Positions 20,773 through 30,496 of a DNA stretch of 64,000 bases are shown here, piece after piece. The position numbers and the translations under genes are program-made. Source of the DNA: an uncultured delta proteobacterium. Lineage in GTDB: Bacteria > Desulfobacterota > Binatia > UBA9968. Numbering within the stretch: the stretch's first letter is position 1; each line of letters opens with the position of its first letter. The notes beneath the pieces are model-generated. The model was given only the letters and a program-made list of their open reading frames with translations, was not told where the DNA came from and did not search any database. Location of the stretch: NCBI GenBank assembly GCA_963727625.1, contig CAVSHR010000004.1, positions 1,280,001 to 1,344,000 on the forward strand, given 5' to 3'.

Positions 20773-20860
20773 TGTCGTTTCGGCGCATACCGGAATCCAG
20801 ATGTTTTTTGCATTCGGACCCGGAGGGAACCTGGATGCCGGTGTCCGCCGGAGCATGACC
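20773..20860. repeat. Degenerate inverted pair of GTCAT-type REP-like palindromes
   Basis: TGTCGTTTCGGCGCATACCGGAATCCAG ... CTGGATGCCGGTGTCCGCCGGAGCATGACC; another partial unit at about 20881-20916. Confidence 0.6.
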
Positions 20861-21162
20861 AACCTTGGCCTCGCCTCAAGCATGCCCTGAGGTCTCTCGA
20901 AGGAGCGAGGGATCTCAACCATCCCCGATGGACACATCAAAAATCTGACTTATTCTGATCGTAACCGCAAGCATGGCGGTCGCCACTCGTGCACTATTGG
21001 AAATCAAGCAAACGAACCACCCCGCAAGATGCTGCGGAGCATCGAAGCCAACATACTCCGAGACAAACTATAGGATGGCAAGATTTTGATCTTACCAATT
21101 TAGCGATCACACGCGGAGCCGCAAACGTGCCCTATGATTTAGAGCGGATCGTTTGCGGCCAA

Positions 21163-21495
21163 TTATTTTTTTCCGGTGTTCTTTCTAATATCTCGCACGG
21201 CCTGGCGCTCTTGCCTCGCCCTACCCTCGAAGGTTTGCAACGCCGTGACTTCCCAATCAAGCGTTCCCCACATGGGAATCCTTCTCAACATTTGGTCCAA
21301 GTCATCGTTTGATTTTGCTTCGGCAATAAATACAAACGCTCGATCGCCCACGGGAAGCCCGCCGAATATGGTTTTTTTCCTTTCAAGGGCAATCAATCCA
21401 GCGAAACTCGGGAGAACTACACTCTGCAGCACCTCCAATGTTTCTTCAGGAGACGCGAACCCAGGACCACCCGATCCGACAACGAGATATTTCAT
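21163..21495 (-). CDS. Small dimeric alpha/beta-barrel protein, muconolactone isomerase-like
   Basis: GGLPVGDRAFVFIAEAKSNDDLDQMLRRIPMW...WEVTAL; RBS AAAGGA; more AT-rich than neighbours. Confidence 0.65.
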   Translation of the reverse strand: MKYLVVGSGGPGFASPEETLEVLQSVVLPSFAGLIALERKKTIFGGLPVGDRAFVFIAEAKSNDDLDQMLRRIPMWGTLDWEVTALQTFEGRARQERQAVRDIRKNTGKK

Positions 21496-21838
21496 AGACT
21501 ATCCTTTCGATTATTGAGGTTTCCAACCTACGCTGTTAATCATATGAACGGTGAGAAGCGACACCAGTGTATACGACCGCTGCAAAAAACAAACACAGCG
21601 CGGCAAGAATTATTTGCTCTGATCGATTACGGTTCGCGTTCCTTCCGATCGATCTGGTCGCATCGCGATGATAGCTGGAAGGCACAACCTCATTTAGGCT
21701 CCGCTACCTTTCCGCCGCACGGTTCCGCGGCGTCAATCCAAAACATGCCAGCGTTATACTGAACCGCAGGACTTAATGTAACGGCACTTAAGGCAAATCT
21801 CACAGGATTACGTCCTGGGAGATACAGTTCCATTGTAA

Positions 21839-21896
21839 CTGGAACGCCGCAAATCAGCAGCCGCGTTAGCGGTCGGATGGATTTGCCTTGTTATGC
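21839..21896 (-). mobile_element. Integron attC recombination site (isolated)
   Basis: Minus strand GCATAAC aag GCAAATC c ... ccgc taac gcgg ... t GATTTGC ggc GTTccag: R'' AAC / R' GTT, paired L boxes with an extra base, 58 bp. Confidence 0.7.
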
Positions 21897-21902
21897 GTTC
21901 GG

Positions 21903-22114
21903 CTATACTTCAACAATGTCTTTTTTTTCAGACTCAAGACGAACGCCGCCACTTCCTCACATTCCGGCTGGGGAACTTGTAAAGCCTTCATGGTTGCGCC
22001 GGCATGTTGGAGGAAAATCGACCAATCGCTTCCACTGATCTTCATGTCTTTGTGAGACAATTTCATGTCTCGGCCCATGTAGTAGACGGGGCCACCGGCA
22101 CTGGCACACATCAA
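21903..22114 (-). pseudogene. Group 1 truncated haemoglobin, 5'-truncated with a 3' frameshift
   Basis: CASAGGPVYYMGRDMKLSHKDMKISGSDW...EVAAFVLSLKK; native end DIVEV* lies in another frame after an A8 run. Confidence 0.75.
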
Positions 22115-22133
22115 TTCTAGCGTCGCTGCGTGG

Positions 22134-22226
22134 TCATTTGATCACCTTATCCGCCGGCGCGAGCACGTTCGGAATCGTCAGACCAGCCTGATTGGCAGTC
22201 TTGAGATTGGCCACAAACTCGAACTT
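22134..22226 (-). pseudogene. 3' remnant of an ABC_sub_bind (TrpX-like) substrate-binding protein
   Basis: Hand translation KFEFVANLKTANQAGLTIPNVLAPADKVIK*, matching the family C-terminus (KFE.VINLKTAK.IGLTIP...LARADKVI). Confidence 0.75.
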
Positions 22227-22500
22227 CCTCAACGGATGCGCCTCGGCTATCACTCCAACATTCTTGAGGCTATTTAGCACAAACTCGGAAGTCGAGAAAA
22301 GTGTCATCTATGGCGGAAGGAAAACCGGATTGGTCGAGTATGAAAGGCTAATTTCAGCCTGAAATTGAACTGAACACAACGGTCAAAGCGTCGGTGAGAA
22401 TCGTTAGGAGGTGAATTTCCAGTCAATTTCAGGGCGACCGTTTAAGCTCAACCCGGCGCACTTCGTGTGAAGCCCAAATTTAGATCTTATCTTTCTTGAC

Positions 22501-22602
22501 CTATGCACGCTCACACTCGATCACACTCACCTCGGACGGCGTCGGGTAAACCTTCGTTAGGCCAAAGCCGGCCGCCTCAACGAGGGCACGATGCTCCGCC
22601 GC
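22501..22602 (-). pseudogene. 3' remnant of an O-methyltransferase (Methyltransf_2)
   Basis: Hand translation AAEHRALVEAAGFGLTKVYPTPSEVSVIECERA*. Confidence 0.65.
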
Positions 22603-22623
22603 GATCACGAGCACGGTCCTACA

Positions 22624-23696
22624 TCAGTTCGGCGCCACCCAAGCCGTGAGGATTGACGGCGTATCTTGCATCACCGGCTGCCACGATTCACCGCGGTCGC
22701 GGGTCGCGTACAGCGCGCCATTACCTTTGATGCGCGCGTCGAAGCCGTAGCCCCGCGCGCCGTCGCCCATGCCGCAAAAAAGCGCGTTCGGATCGATCGG
22801 ATGGTGCACCAGCACCCAGGGCATCCAAGGATTTTCCTTTTCCAGTCCCTGGGTGACGATGCGCCAATTTTCACCATCGTCGTCGCTCAGCATGATACAG
22901 CCGTGTGGATGAATTCTTTCCCGGCCCCACACTCCCGGAGAACCCTTGCCGCCGCACAGCACCATGCGCGGCTTTTCGCCGGGAGAAAATGCCACTCATG
23001 CGAATAGCTGTAAAGCGGTGTGTAACCCCAGGGCATGCCGTTCTCGACGCGCCGCCACTGTTTGCCGGCGTCGTCGCTGCGATAAAAGCCGCGCGCCGAA
23101 GAAACGTAATAGCGCTCTTTGCTGCCGGGATAATTCTCGATGTAGTGCATGTCGACGTAGTCGATGCCCGTGCTGCGGTCCTCCCAGGTCTTGCCGCGGT
23201 CTCTGCTGAGCAGGTTGCCGCCATGCTCGAGCAGCACCCAGATGAGGTTTTGCTCTTCGGGATGGATAAAGATATGGCGCACGTGGGGAAACTCGATGCC
23301 AACCAGACGCGGCGGCACGCCCCATTTCTTTTTCACGTCATCGCCGAAATCGAGCATGCCGTCGAGCGGCTCCCAGCTTTTGCCGTTGTCCTCGCTGCGG
23401 AAAAGCCGGATCGGCCCGATTCCCACGTAGACGATGCGCTCATCATGCGGATCGACGGTGAACGTGCGCACGTCCCCTTCCATGATTTTCGTCCAGCTCT
23501 TGCCGGCGTCTTCACTGCGATAACCGCCGTCGAAGGCCACAGCGGCGAAGACGACCTCCGGCTTGTTCCTGCAGCCGATCAAATGCTCCACAGTCTTCCC
23601 CGAAAAAAACTCGCCGACGGGGGTCATGGAGCCCGAACGGTCTTCCATCACCTGCAAGCCGCCGTTGTGAGCGATGTAATAGCGCAGCGAATCCAT
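22624..23696 (-). CDS. BNR/Asp-box beta-propeller protein, split by one frameshift near 22980
   Basis: Repeated SxDxGxxW boxes (SEDAGKSW, SEDNGKSW, SRDRGKTW, SDDAGKQW, SDDDGENW, TRDRGESW) across ORFs 22887-23696 and 22624-22995; joins as ...HEWHFLP/GEKPRMVLC. Confidence 0.8.
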
Positions 23697-23711
23697 AAGA
23701 CCTCCCGGTTA

Positions 23712-23816
23712 TGAAAGGACGAAGGATAAAGACGAAAGGATAAGTTTAGAAAGTTTTATCGCCTATTCCATTTACTCTCTACTTCATCCTTTTATCCCTT
23801 TGCCCTTATCCTTTGC
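23712..23816. repeat. Inverted arrays of imperfect ~7 bp repeats (AGGATRA / TYATCCT)
   Basis: Purine arm tgaaagga cgaagga taaaga cgaaagga taag; pyrimidine arm ttcatcct tttatccc tttgccc ttatcc. Confidence 0.7.
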
Positions 23817-26036
23817 TTACCCTCGCGCCCTAAGCGCATTGTAAACCTTTTCCGACGTCACCGGTAAATCCGTGATGCGCACGCCGCAGGCGTCCGCCAC
23901 AGCATTCGCCACCGCCGCCGCCGTGGGCACGTTGGCGACTTCGCCAATCGCCAAGCTGTTGTACGGCCCCGGTCCCGCCGGAACGTTTTCCATCACTTCG
24001 GTCTTTAGCCGCGGGATGTCCATGATGTTGGGGATCTTGAACTCGCCGAAATTCGACGTGGTGATCTTGCCGCCGTCGAACAGCACCTCTTCGGTCAAAG
24101 CGTAGCCGAGACCGAACACTACGCCGCCTTCGATCTGCCCCTGATGCATCAGCGGATTGATGACTTTCCCCGTCGTATGCGCCGAGATCATGTTGCGCAG
24201 AGTGACTTTTCCGGTCTCTGGATCGACGTGGACTTCGGCGATCTGTGCCGACACCGAGGCGTCGTGGGATTTCTCCGTGCTTTTATAGTAACCGCGCACG
24301 TAGATCGGCGCGCCTTTGAATTTCACCACGTCGGCGAAGCTCATTTTTCGCTTGGACCTCTTGTGCAGGATCATTCCTCGGTCAAGTTCCAGCTCCTTGG
24401 GATCGACCTCCAAGGCTTGCGCCGCAAACGCGAACAGCTCCTCGCGCGCTTTCACGCCGCCTTCATAGGACGCGTTGCCGTACACGCGCGTCGCCCGGCT
24501 GCCGCCGACGCCGCCGTCGCTCGGCACGATGGTGCTGTCGACCTGTTTCAATTCGATCTCGTCCGCGGCCACTTGCAACTCTTGGCCGACAACCTCAACG
24601 ATCACCGTGAGCACGCCCGCGCCTTGGTCGACGACAGGCGTAACGATTTTGACCCGGCCATCCTCTTCGATGGTGACGAAAACATTGCCTTCGCCGCCGC
24701 TCGGGCTCCATTCCGAAAATGACAGGCCACGGCCGACGTTCTTCGGCTTGGGTTTGTTATAACCCGCAAGCTCGATGGCTTTCTCCAACGCTTCATTGCC
24801 GCGGATATGGGAAATATGCCCGCCTGTGGGCGTCTCATCGCCGTCGCGCAGCATATTTTTGCGCTTGAACGCAGCCGGGTCCATACCCAGCTTGCGCGCC
24901 ACCATATCGAGTTGGCTTTCATTGGCAAAAAAACCTTGTGGATCGCCGGGCGCGCGCATGTGGCCGCAAGGAATCTTATTGGTGTACACCATTTGTTCTT
25001 CGATGAGGCAGTTGGCAATCTTATAAGGTCCGGCACAGGTCGACGCGCCGATCAAATACCCTGCCGGCTTCATCGACGCGTAAGCGCCGCTGTCGAAGAG
25101 AAATTGGATGTGGTGCGCCACGATGGCGCCGCTTTTCTTGACGCCGGTTTTGATCTTGATGATCGAGGCGTGACGCGGATTGCCGGCGGTCAATTCTTCT
25201 GTATAGTCCATCACCATTTTCACCGGCTGACCGCTCTTCTTCGACAGAAAATAGGCGACGGGCACGTCCATGAAGCCGCCCTTGCCGCCGAAGTCACCGC
25301 CGATGTGCATCGGATGGAAAATCAGCTTTTCCTTCGGTACGCCGACGCAGTTCGATAGCTGCGTGCGCACCGCAAACGGTGTCTTGCTACACGACCAAAC
25401 ATCCGCGCTGCCCGACGCGTCGGCCTTCACCACACAGGCATGGGGCTCAAGATAAGACTGATGCGTGACCTGCGTCGTGAAAGTGTTCTCGACGATCAGG
25501 TCGGCCTGTTTGAAGCCCTCATCGATATTGCCCTTGCCCCATTTGAGATACGCGAAAACGTTGCTGACGGTCTCAGGCGGCACCGGCAGCCCCCTGTACG
25601 TGAGCAGATTCGGATGGAGCACCTGCGCGCCCGGCTTGGTCGCCTCGACTGGATCGAGCAAAGGCTCCAATTCTTCGTATTCGACTTCGATCAGGTCCAG
25701 GGCCTGCTCCGCCGCCAATTTGGTCTCCGCCGCCACCGCAGCAACTTTCTCCCCGATGAACCGGACCACGCCTTCGGCCAGCACCGGCGTGTCGTAAATG
25801 CACCGGCCAATTCTCAACCCCGGCACATCCCCGCCGGTAATTACCGCCTTGACGCCCGGCACCTGCCAAGCTTTTTCGGTATCGATTCGTTTGATCCGTC
25901 CATAGGGGATAGGGCTGCGCAAACACTTTCCCCACAGCGCATCCGGCAGCTTTAAATCCGCGCTGTACAGTGCCTTGCCCGTAACTTTCAGTTCGCCTTC
26001 CACCCTCGGCGTCGGCTTACCCACAACCTGCATCAT
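23817..26036 (-). CDS. Xanthine dehydrogenase family molybdopterin-binding (large) subunit
   Basis: KVTGKALYSADL, SYLEPH, IGGDFGGKG, GHMRAPG, VDQGAG, GQIEGG, IGEV; RBS GGAGG before ATG 26036. Confidence 0.92.
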   Translation of the reverse strand: MMQVVGKPTPRVEGELKVTGKALYSADLKLPDALWGKCLRSPIPYGRIKRIDTEKAWQVPGVKAVITGGDVPGLRIGRCIYDTPVLAEGVVRFIGEKVAAVAAETKLAAEQALDLIEVEYEELEPLLDPVEATKPGAQVLHPNLLTYRGLPVPPETVSNVFAYLKWGKGNIDEGFKQADLIVENTFTTQVTHQSYLEPHACVVKADASGSADVWSCSKTPFAVRTQLSNCVGVPKEKLIFHPMHIGGDFGGKGGFMDVPVAYFLSKKSGQPVKMVMDYTEELTAGNPRHASIIKIKTGVKKSGAIVAHHIQFLFDSGAYASMKPAGYLIGASTCAGPYKIANCLIEEQMVYTNKIPCGHMRAPGDPQGFFANESQLDMVARKLGMDPAAFKRKNMLRDGDETPTGGHISHIRGNEALEKAIELAGYNKPKPKNVGRGLSFSEWSPSGGEGNVFVTIEEDGRVKIVTPVVDQGAGVLTVIVEVVGQELQVAADEIELKQVDSTIVPSDGGVGGSRATRVYGNASYEGGVKAREELFAFAAQALEVDPKELELDRGMILHKRSKRKMSFADVVKFKGAPIYVRGYYKSTEKSHDASVSAQIAEVHVDPETGKVTLRNMISAHTTGKVINPLMHQGQIEGGVVFGLGYALTEEVLFDGGKITTSNFGEFKIPNIMDIPRLKTEVMENVPAGPGPYNSLAIGEVANVPTAAAVANAVADACGVRITDLPVTSEKVYNALRARG

Positions 26037-26186
26037 CGATATTCCTCCAGCTGGTAAATCTCCCACGGCAGCGCCGCAACTAGCCTTCTTTTTAAACCGG
26101 AATGAGGCAAATTGTCCAGCGATTTGGTCCGACCCAGCCATCGAGCGCGCCGGTGTGAACGCTTTGAACGTTTCAAACGAATTTTT

Positions 26187-27314
26187 TCAAGCTAACCCCC
26201 AAACCCCGCGAGCGACTCTGGCGACCAATTCTAATTTCCGGGTCATATCATCCCAGGAAAGCAAATTTCCTGAAGCTGCGGACGCAAAACCGCACTGCGT
26301 GCTAATGGCGAGATTTTCCGGCGAAATGTATTTGGCGGCCTGATCGATTTTGCGCAGCAGCACGTCTTCCTTTTCGAGCTCAGGGGTCTTGGTGGTGATC
26401 AGACCCAGCACCACTGTCCGGCCTTTCGGCACAAAGCGCAGCGGCTCGAAGCCGCCGGCGCGCTCGCTGTCGAATTCGAGCAGATAGCGATCCATGGTTA
26501 ATGAGCCGAAGGCCTTTTCCGCGATCGGCTCGTAACTGCCCTCGGCGCCCCAGGCGCTGCGCTTGTTGCCGCGGCAGAAATGAATGCCGATGACAACGCC
26601 GGGGCCTCGTCGGATGCCCTGAATCATGGCGTTGTCCGCGGCGATTGCCGCGTCAAGCGCCCCATCCAGGTCGATGCCGCTTTGTTTGAGCACTTCTCGC
26701 CGGCTCGGATCAAAAAAGTTCGAATAAGACGGGGCATCGAGTTGCACGTAGGACGCGCCTTCATCGATCAGCGCCTGCACCTCGTCCCGCATGATCGCTG
26801 CCACGTCCTGCAGCATGTCATGCACCGTCGGGTAGAATTGATCCGTCACCCCCGGTCGATAACGCATGATCGCGTGCTGCATCGCCGCCGGCGTGCAGAC
26901 CTTGAAAGACCCGGGCGCATGCTGCTTCAGAAATGGCGCTTCGTTGGGTGTGAACCGGCCTTTCCTGGTGAGCTTGCCGCCGACGATATATTGCAGATTG
27001 CCTTCCTTGGATTCCTCGGCGAGCTCCTTTCCCCGGCCGCGCCATTGGAACTTGACCACAGGTTTTCCCGGCACGAGACCGTCCATCGCCTTGGTGATAT
27101 CGGCGGTGAAAATATCGCGGCGGTATTCGCCGTCCGTAAAGACTTGCATCCCCACGGCTTGCTGCATCGACAGGGCCGCGAGAATCGACCGATCCTCGAT
27201 CTCGCGCACCCGCGTTTCGTCCATGCGTCCTTCGCGCAGCGCCGCCCGGGCAGCCAGCAACTCCGCGGGCCGTAATAGACTGCCGATATTATCCGCTCGA
27301 AATCGCGTCGCCAT
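26187..27314 (-). CDS. Cobalamin-independent methionine synthase II (MetE C-terminal/YxjH-like) family
   Basis: RADNIGSLLRP, TDGEYRR, Zn ligands HFC...LLE...QCGF. Confidence 0.88.
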   Translation of the reverse strand: MATRFRADNIGSLLRPAELLAARAALREGRMDETRVREIEDRSILAALSMQQAVGMQVFTDGEYRRDIFTADITKAMDGLVPGKPVVKFQWRGRGKELAEESKEGNLQYIVGGKLTRKGRFTPNEAPFLKQHAPGSFKVCTPAAMQHAIMRYRPGVTDQFYPTVHDMLQDVAAIMRDEVQALIDEGASYVQLDAPSYSNFFDPSRREVLKQSGIDLDGALDAAIAADNAMIQGIRRGPGVVIGIHFCRGNKRSAWGAEGSYEPIAEKAFGSLTMDRYLLEFDSERAGGFEPLRFVPKGRTVVLGLITTKTPELEKEDVLLRKIDQAAKYISPENLAISTQCGFASAASGNLLSWDDMTRKLELVARVARGVWGLA

Positions 27315-27389
27315 ACTCCCCCTCCTTATACGGCCGATATCAGCAGTAGGCATCACTGGGTAGATCACGCCAAACGACGAATCCGGCCA

Positions 27390-27462
27390 TTTGAAACTTC
27401 TGAAACGATTGGAACGGCTGGAACAACTGGAATTTTAAACTCCAGAGCCTTGAACCGTTGAC
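27390..27462. repeat. Imperfect 9 bp YTGRAACnn tandem array
   Basis: ttgaaactt ctgaaacga ttggaacgg ctggaacaa ctggaattt; a shorter array also at about 26155-26182. Confidence 0.7.
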
Positions 27463-27468
27463 ATTTTG

Positions 27469-28632
27469 CTAGTTGCCCCACACCTGGCGCGCGGTTTCGA
27501 CGACGACTTCTAGTTTTTTTTTCTGATCGTCCTCGCTGATCAAATTACCCACCACGTCGGACGCAAAGCCGCATTGCGGGCTGATCGCCAGTTGATCCAA
27601 GGGAATGAACTTGGAAGCTTCGTCGATGCGGCGCTTGAGCTGGTCGACGCTTTCGAGCTCGGAAACCTTGGTGCTCACCAGGCCCAATACCACCACCTTG
27701 TCCTTGGGCACGAAACGCAACGGCTCGAAGCTGCCGGCGCGCGGGCTGTCATATTCGAGCAGCAGCCGGTCATGGCCCAGGTCGTTAAAAAGCATTTCCG
27801 CAATCGCGTCGTAACTGCCCTCGCGATGCCACATGCTGCGCTGGTTGCCGCGGCACAGATGGATGCCGAAGGTCACGCCTTTGAACAGACGCAAAATCTC
27901 ATTGTCCGCCTTGATCGAGCGCGCCAGATTTTTCATCGGATCTTCCCCCCACTGGCGCATCTCCTCGAGGGACGGCTCATCGACGTAAGCCGTGTAGCTC
28001 GGCGCGTCGATCTGCACGTACCGGCAGCCGGCGTCGATCAGACTGCGAATCATCTCCCGCTCGATGCGCACCACGTCGCCGACAAAATCATCGACGCTCC
28101 AGTAAACCGATTTCGAGTTCTGATAATCGAAGCGCTGGACGATGCGGTCGGGGCCGATCAGAGAAACTTTGGCGGGCTTGCCGGCTGCGCCGCTGACGAA
28201 GCGATATTCCTCCAGCGGCAGATTGCGCACCAGGCGGAGCTTTTGCGACACCGGCCGGCGCTGCAGGATCGCCGCGCCGTCAGCGACATGATAGGGGTCC
28301 CAGCGCTGCAGCGGTTTGCCCTCGCGCGACAGGCTCTCCATGAAAGACAAATCCACCCTGCGGGCTTCGAAACCGCTCACCGAAGCGGCGAAACTGTCCT
28401 GAAAATTCAAGCGGCGGAACTCGCCGTCGGTCACCACGTCCAAGCCGACGCTCTCTTGCAGCCGGACGGCGCCGCGGATCGCGTCGTCTTCGAAGCGGCG
28501 CAATTCCTCCGGCGAAAGTTTGCCCTCGTCCCGATCGGCATAAGCCTGTTTAAGTTGCGCGGGCCGCAGCAGGCTGCCGACCACGTCGGTCCTGATTTTT
28601 GTCAATGGTTTTGTTGTTGTTTGTGCCATCAT
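27469..28632 (-). CDS. Cobalamin-independent methionine synthase II family, second paralog
   Basis: RTDVVGSLLRP, TDGEFRR, HLCRGN, LLEYD, SPQCGF. Confidence 0.88.
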   Translation of the reverse strand: MMAQTTTKPLTKIRTDVVGSLLRPAQLKQAYADRDEGKLSPEELRRFEDDAIRGAVRLQESVGLDVVTDGEFRRLNFQDSFAASVSGFEARRVDLSFMESLSREGKPLQRWDPYHVADGAAILQRRPVSQKLRLVRNLPLEEYRFVSGAAGKPAKVSLIGPDRIVQRFDYQNSKSVYWSVDDFVGDVVRIEREMIRSLIDAGCRYVQIDAPSYTAYVDEPSLEEMRQWGEDPMKNLARSIKADNEILRLFKGVTFGIHLCRGNQRSMWHREGSYDAIAEMLFNDLGHDRLLLEYDSPRAGSFEPLRFVPKDKVVVLGLVSTKVSELESVDQLKRRIDEASKFIPLDQLAISPQCGFASDVVGNLISEDDQKKKLEVVVETARQVWGN

Positions 28633-28727
28633 TTTCCTCTCAGACGGATCGTCGATTGAATCTCACGGTTCTGAGCGCCGAGAGACCGCTCTAAAGAATC
28701 CGCCGGCTCAATTCCTTGGTCTTTCAT
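28629..28727 (-). CDS. Possible 32 aa upstream ORF coupled to the MetE-like gene
   Basis: RBS GAGGAGG, ATG 28727, MKDQGIEPADSLERSLGAQNREIQSTIRLRGK*; TGA overlaps the downstream ATG (ATGA). Confidence 0.35.
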   Translation of the reverse strand: MKDQGIEPADSLERSLGAQNREIQSTIRLRGK

Positions 28728-29148
28728 CGACTACCTCCTCTCAACCCGCTGCTCTAGTCAATAGTCAATGGCGATTGCGAGAACAAGCTGACGAATGATA
28801 AAAGCTTTGTCAACCGGCATTAACTAGTCGCCTCCGGCATGGATCGATTTAAATCCATTGATAGTCAGTGTCGGCGCCGGAACGGCTTCGAATCTTCGTC
28901 GACTTTCTCGCCGATTGGTTTGGGAAAACGACTCCAGTGAAATGGAATCAGAACGCGGAAAGGAAAAGTATTGAGTGCAAACGTAAAGAGGTCGGAAGTC
29001 GCTCCAACCCGCGCTGCTAACACCGTAGCGGTTCCCCGCGATTCCTGGTCGCGGACCGCCAAACCGCAACAGAACACTTCTGGCGCGGCGCGCTTGAAGA
29101 AATGCGCGTTTAAGACCAAAAGGACAGTTGAGAAAAGGAGTCCCGACC

Positions 29149-30309
29149 ATGTGGAATGGAATGAAAGTCATCGACGCTGACGCGCATATGCACGAGCCTC
29201 AATATCTGTGGGAGCGATATGTGGAGCCTAAGTTCCGGGATCAAGTCCCCAAGGTCGCTTTCATGGACGGGGTCTTCATGGTTTACGAACCGGATGGAAA
29301 GATCATTCCCAAAGGAGATCTTCAGCTCCGACCGCCGCCGAGTGCCTGGGCGGTGTTGGAAGAGAAGTATGGGGAAGCCTATCGCCAGTGGTGGTCGGCT
29401 GAGATTCGGCTCAAAGACATGAATCGTTACGGTTGGGATATCCAAGTTTTGCTCCCCACCGGCAACAACGGTAACTTCGCTTATCGCGTGGCCTTGACGG
29501 ATGTGGCGCTCGGCGCGGCCATGTGCCGCGCCTACAACAATTGGTGTCACGACTACTGCGGCACCGATCCCAAGCGCCTCAAGTTTGTCGCGGTGCTGCC
29601 GGGCTCGGATATTGACGAGATGGTCAAGGAAGCACGCCGTGCGGTCGTCGAACTTGGAGCGGTATCGGTGCGCAATCCTTTTCTCCCGGTCGGTAAGTAT
29701 CTGCACGAGCCGGAGTACGAAGCGCTATGGCAGCTGGCATGCGAGCTCGACTTTCCTATTTCGGCTCACGGCGAGTACCGGCAACGCCGTTTCCATCCGT
29801 TTCGGCACCTAGAAGGCGAGCGGCGCGAAGACCTACAGCTCGCGCTTCGCGGGCTCGACCACGCCCTGGGATTTCCCTGCGACAACATGACCACCCTCGG
29901 GCATTTCATTTTCACCGGAATTCTAGAGCGGTTTCCGAAACTACGGCTCGCCATTCTCGAATCCAACGCAGGCTGGCTGCCCTTTTGGCTCGGACGAATG
30001 GATGATCACACTCATGGCCGGAACAGCGTCATGGGGAAGTCGGATAAGCTGCGAATGCTTCCGAGCGAGTACTTTATGCGCCAGTGTATGATCTCCTGTG
30101 ACAGCGATGAGCGCGCGCTCAAATACGTCGTGGGCGATTTAAAAGGCGAAAACATCGTCTGGAACACCGACTACCCGCACCCCGACGCCATCGATCCCAA
30201 GCGAGCGCTGCCCGACTTTGACGCTCAACCCATTACAGACGAGGCCAAGCGCAAAATACTTTGGGACAACGCCGTCAAGCTTTTTGGTCCGCGGATTCTA
30301 AATTCATGA
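29149..30309 (+). CDS. Amidohydrolase-2 family protein
   Basis: IDADAHMHEP, SAHG, ILESNAGW, WNTDYPHPD; RBS AAGGAG. Confidence 0.9.
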   Translation: MWNGMKVIDADAHMHEPQYLWERYVEPKFRDQVPKVAFMDGVFMVYEPDGKIIPKGDLQLRPPPSAWAVLEEKYGEAYRQWWSAEIRLKDMNRYGWDIQVLLPTGNNGNFAYRVALTDVALGAAMCRAYNNWCHDYCGTDPKRLKFVAVLPGSDIDEMVKEARRAVVELGAVSVRNPFLPVGKYLHEPEYEALWQLACELDFPISAHGEYRQRRFHPFRHLEGERREDLQLALRGLDHALGFPCDNMTTLGHFIFTGILERFPKLRLAILESNAGWLPFWLGRMDDHTHGRNSVMGKSDKLRMLPSEYFMRQCMISCDSDERALKYVVGDLKGENIVWNTDYPHPDAIDPKRALPDFDAQPITDEAKRKILWDNAVKLFGPRILNS

Positions 30310-30418
30310 TTCAGCTGCGGCGACCAAAGCATTTTTGACATGCGGCTAGGCGCAAAATAGATGAGAACCGATCGGCACATTGAATGACAAATCAGCAAGC
30401 TTGAAAACCTGAATCAAT

Positions 30419-30488
30419 GCTCCCCTCCGTTCTAGACGACTTGAACGGAGGGGGAGCGGTTGAACCACTTGAACAGCTTGAACCCAAC
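30419..30488. repeat. Hairpin plus TTGAAC 9-mer array
   Basis: GCTCCCCTCCGTTC...GAACGGAGGGGGAGC stem, then ttgaaccac ttgaacagc ttgaaccca. Confidence 0.7.
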
Positions 30489-30496
30489 GGAAAAAG

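Noticed and set aside
22977-22985. Programmed frameshifting in the BNR gene
   Set aside because: No slippery sequence or stimulatory structure; an indel is simpler.
27574-28659. Long antisense ORFs (also 5635-6543, 17137-18096, 54566-55465, 61725-62576)
   Set aside because: Shadows of real high-GC genes; no motifs or RBS.
28633-29148. SAM or cobalamin riboswitch upstream of the MetE-like genes
   Set aside because: No recognisable conserved riboswitch core on either strand.
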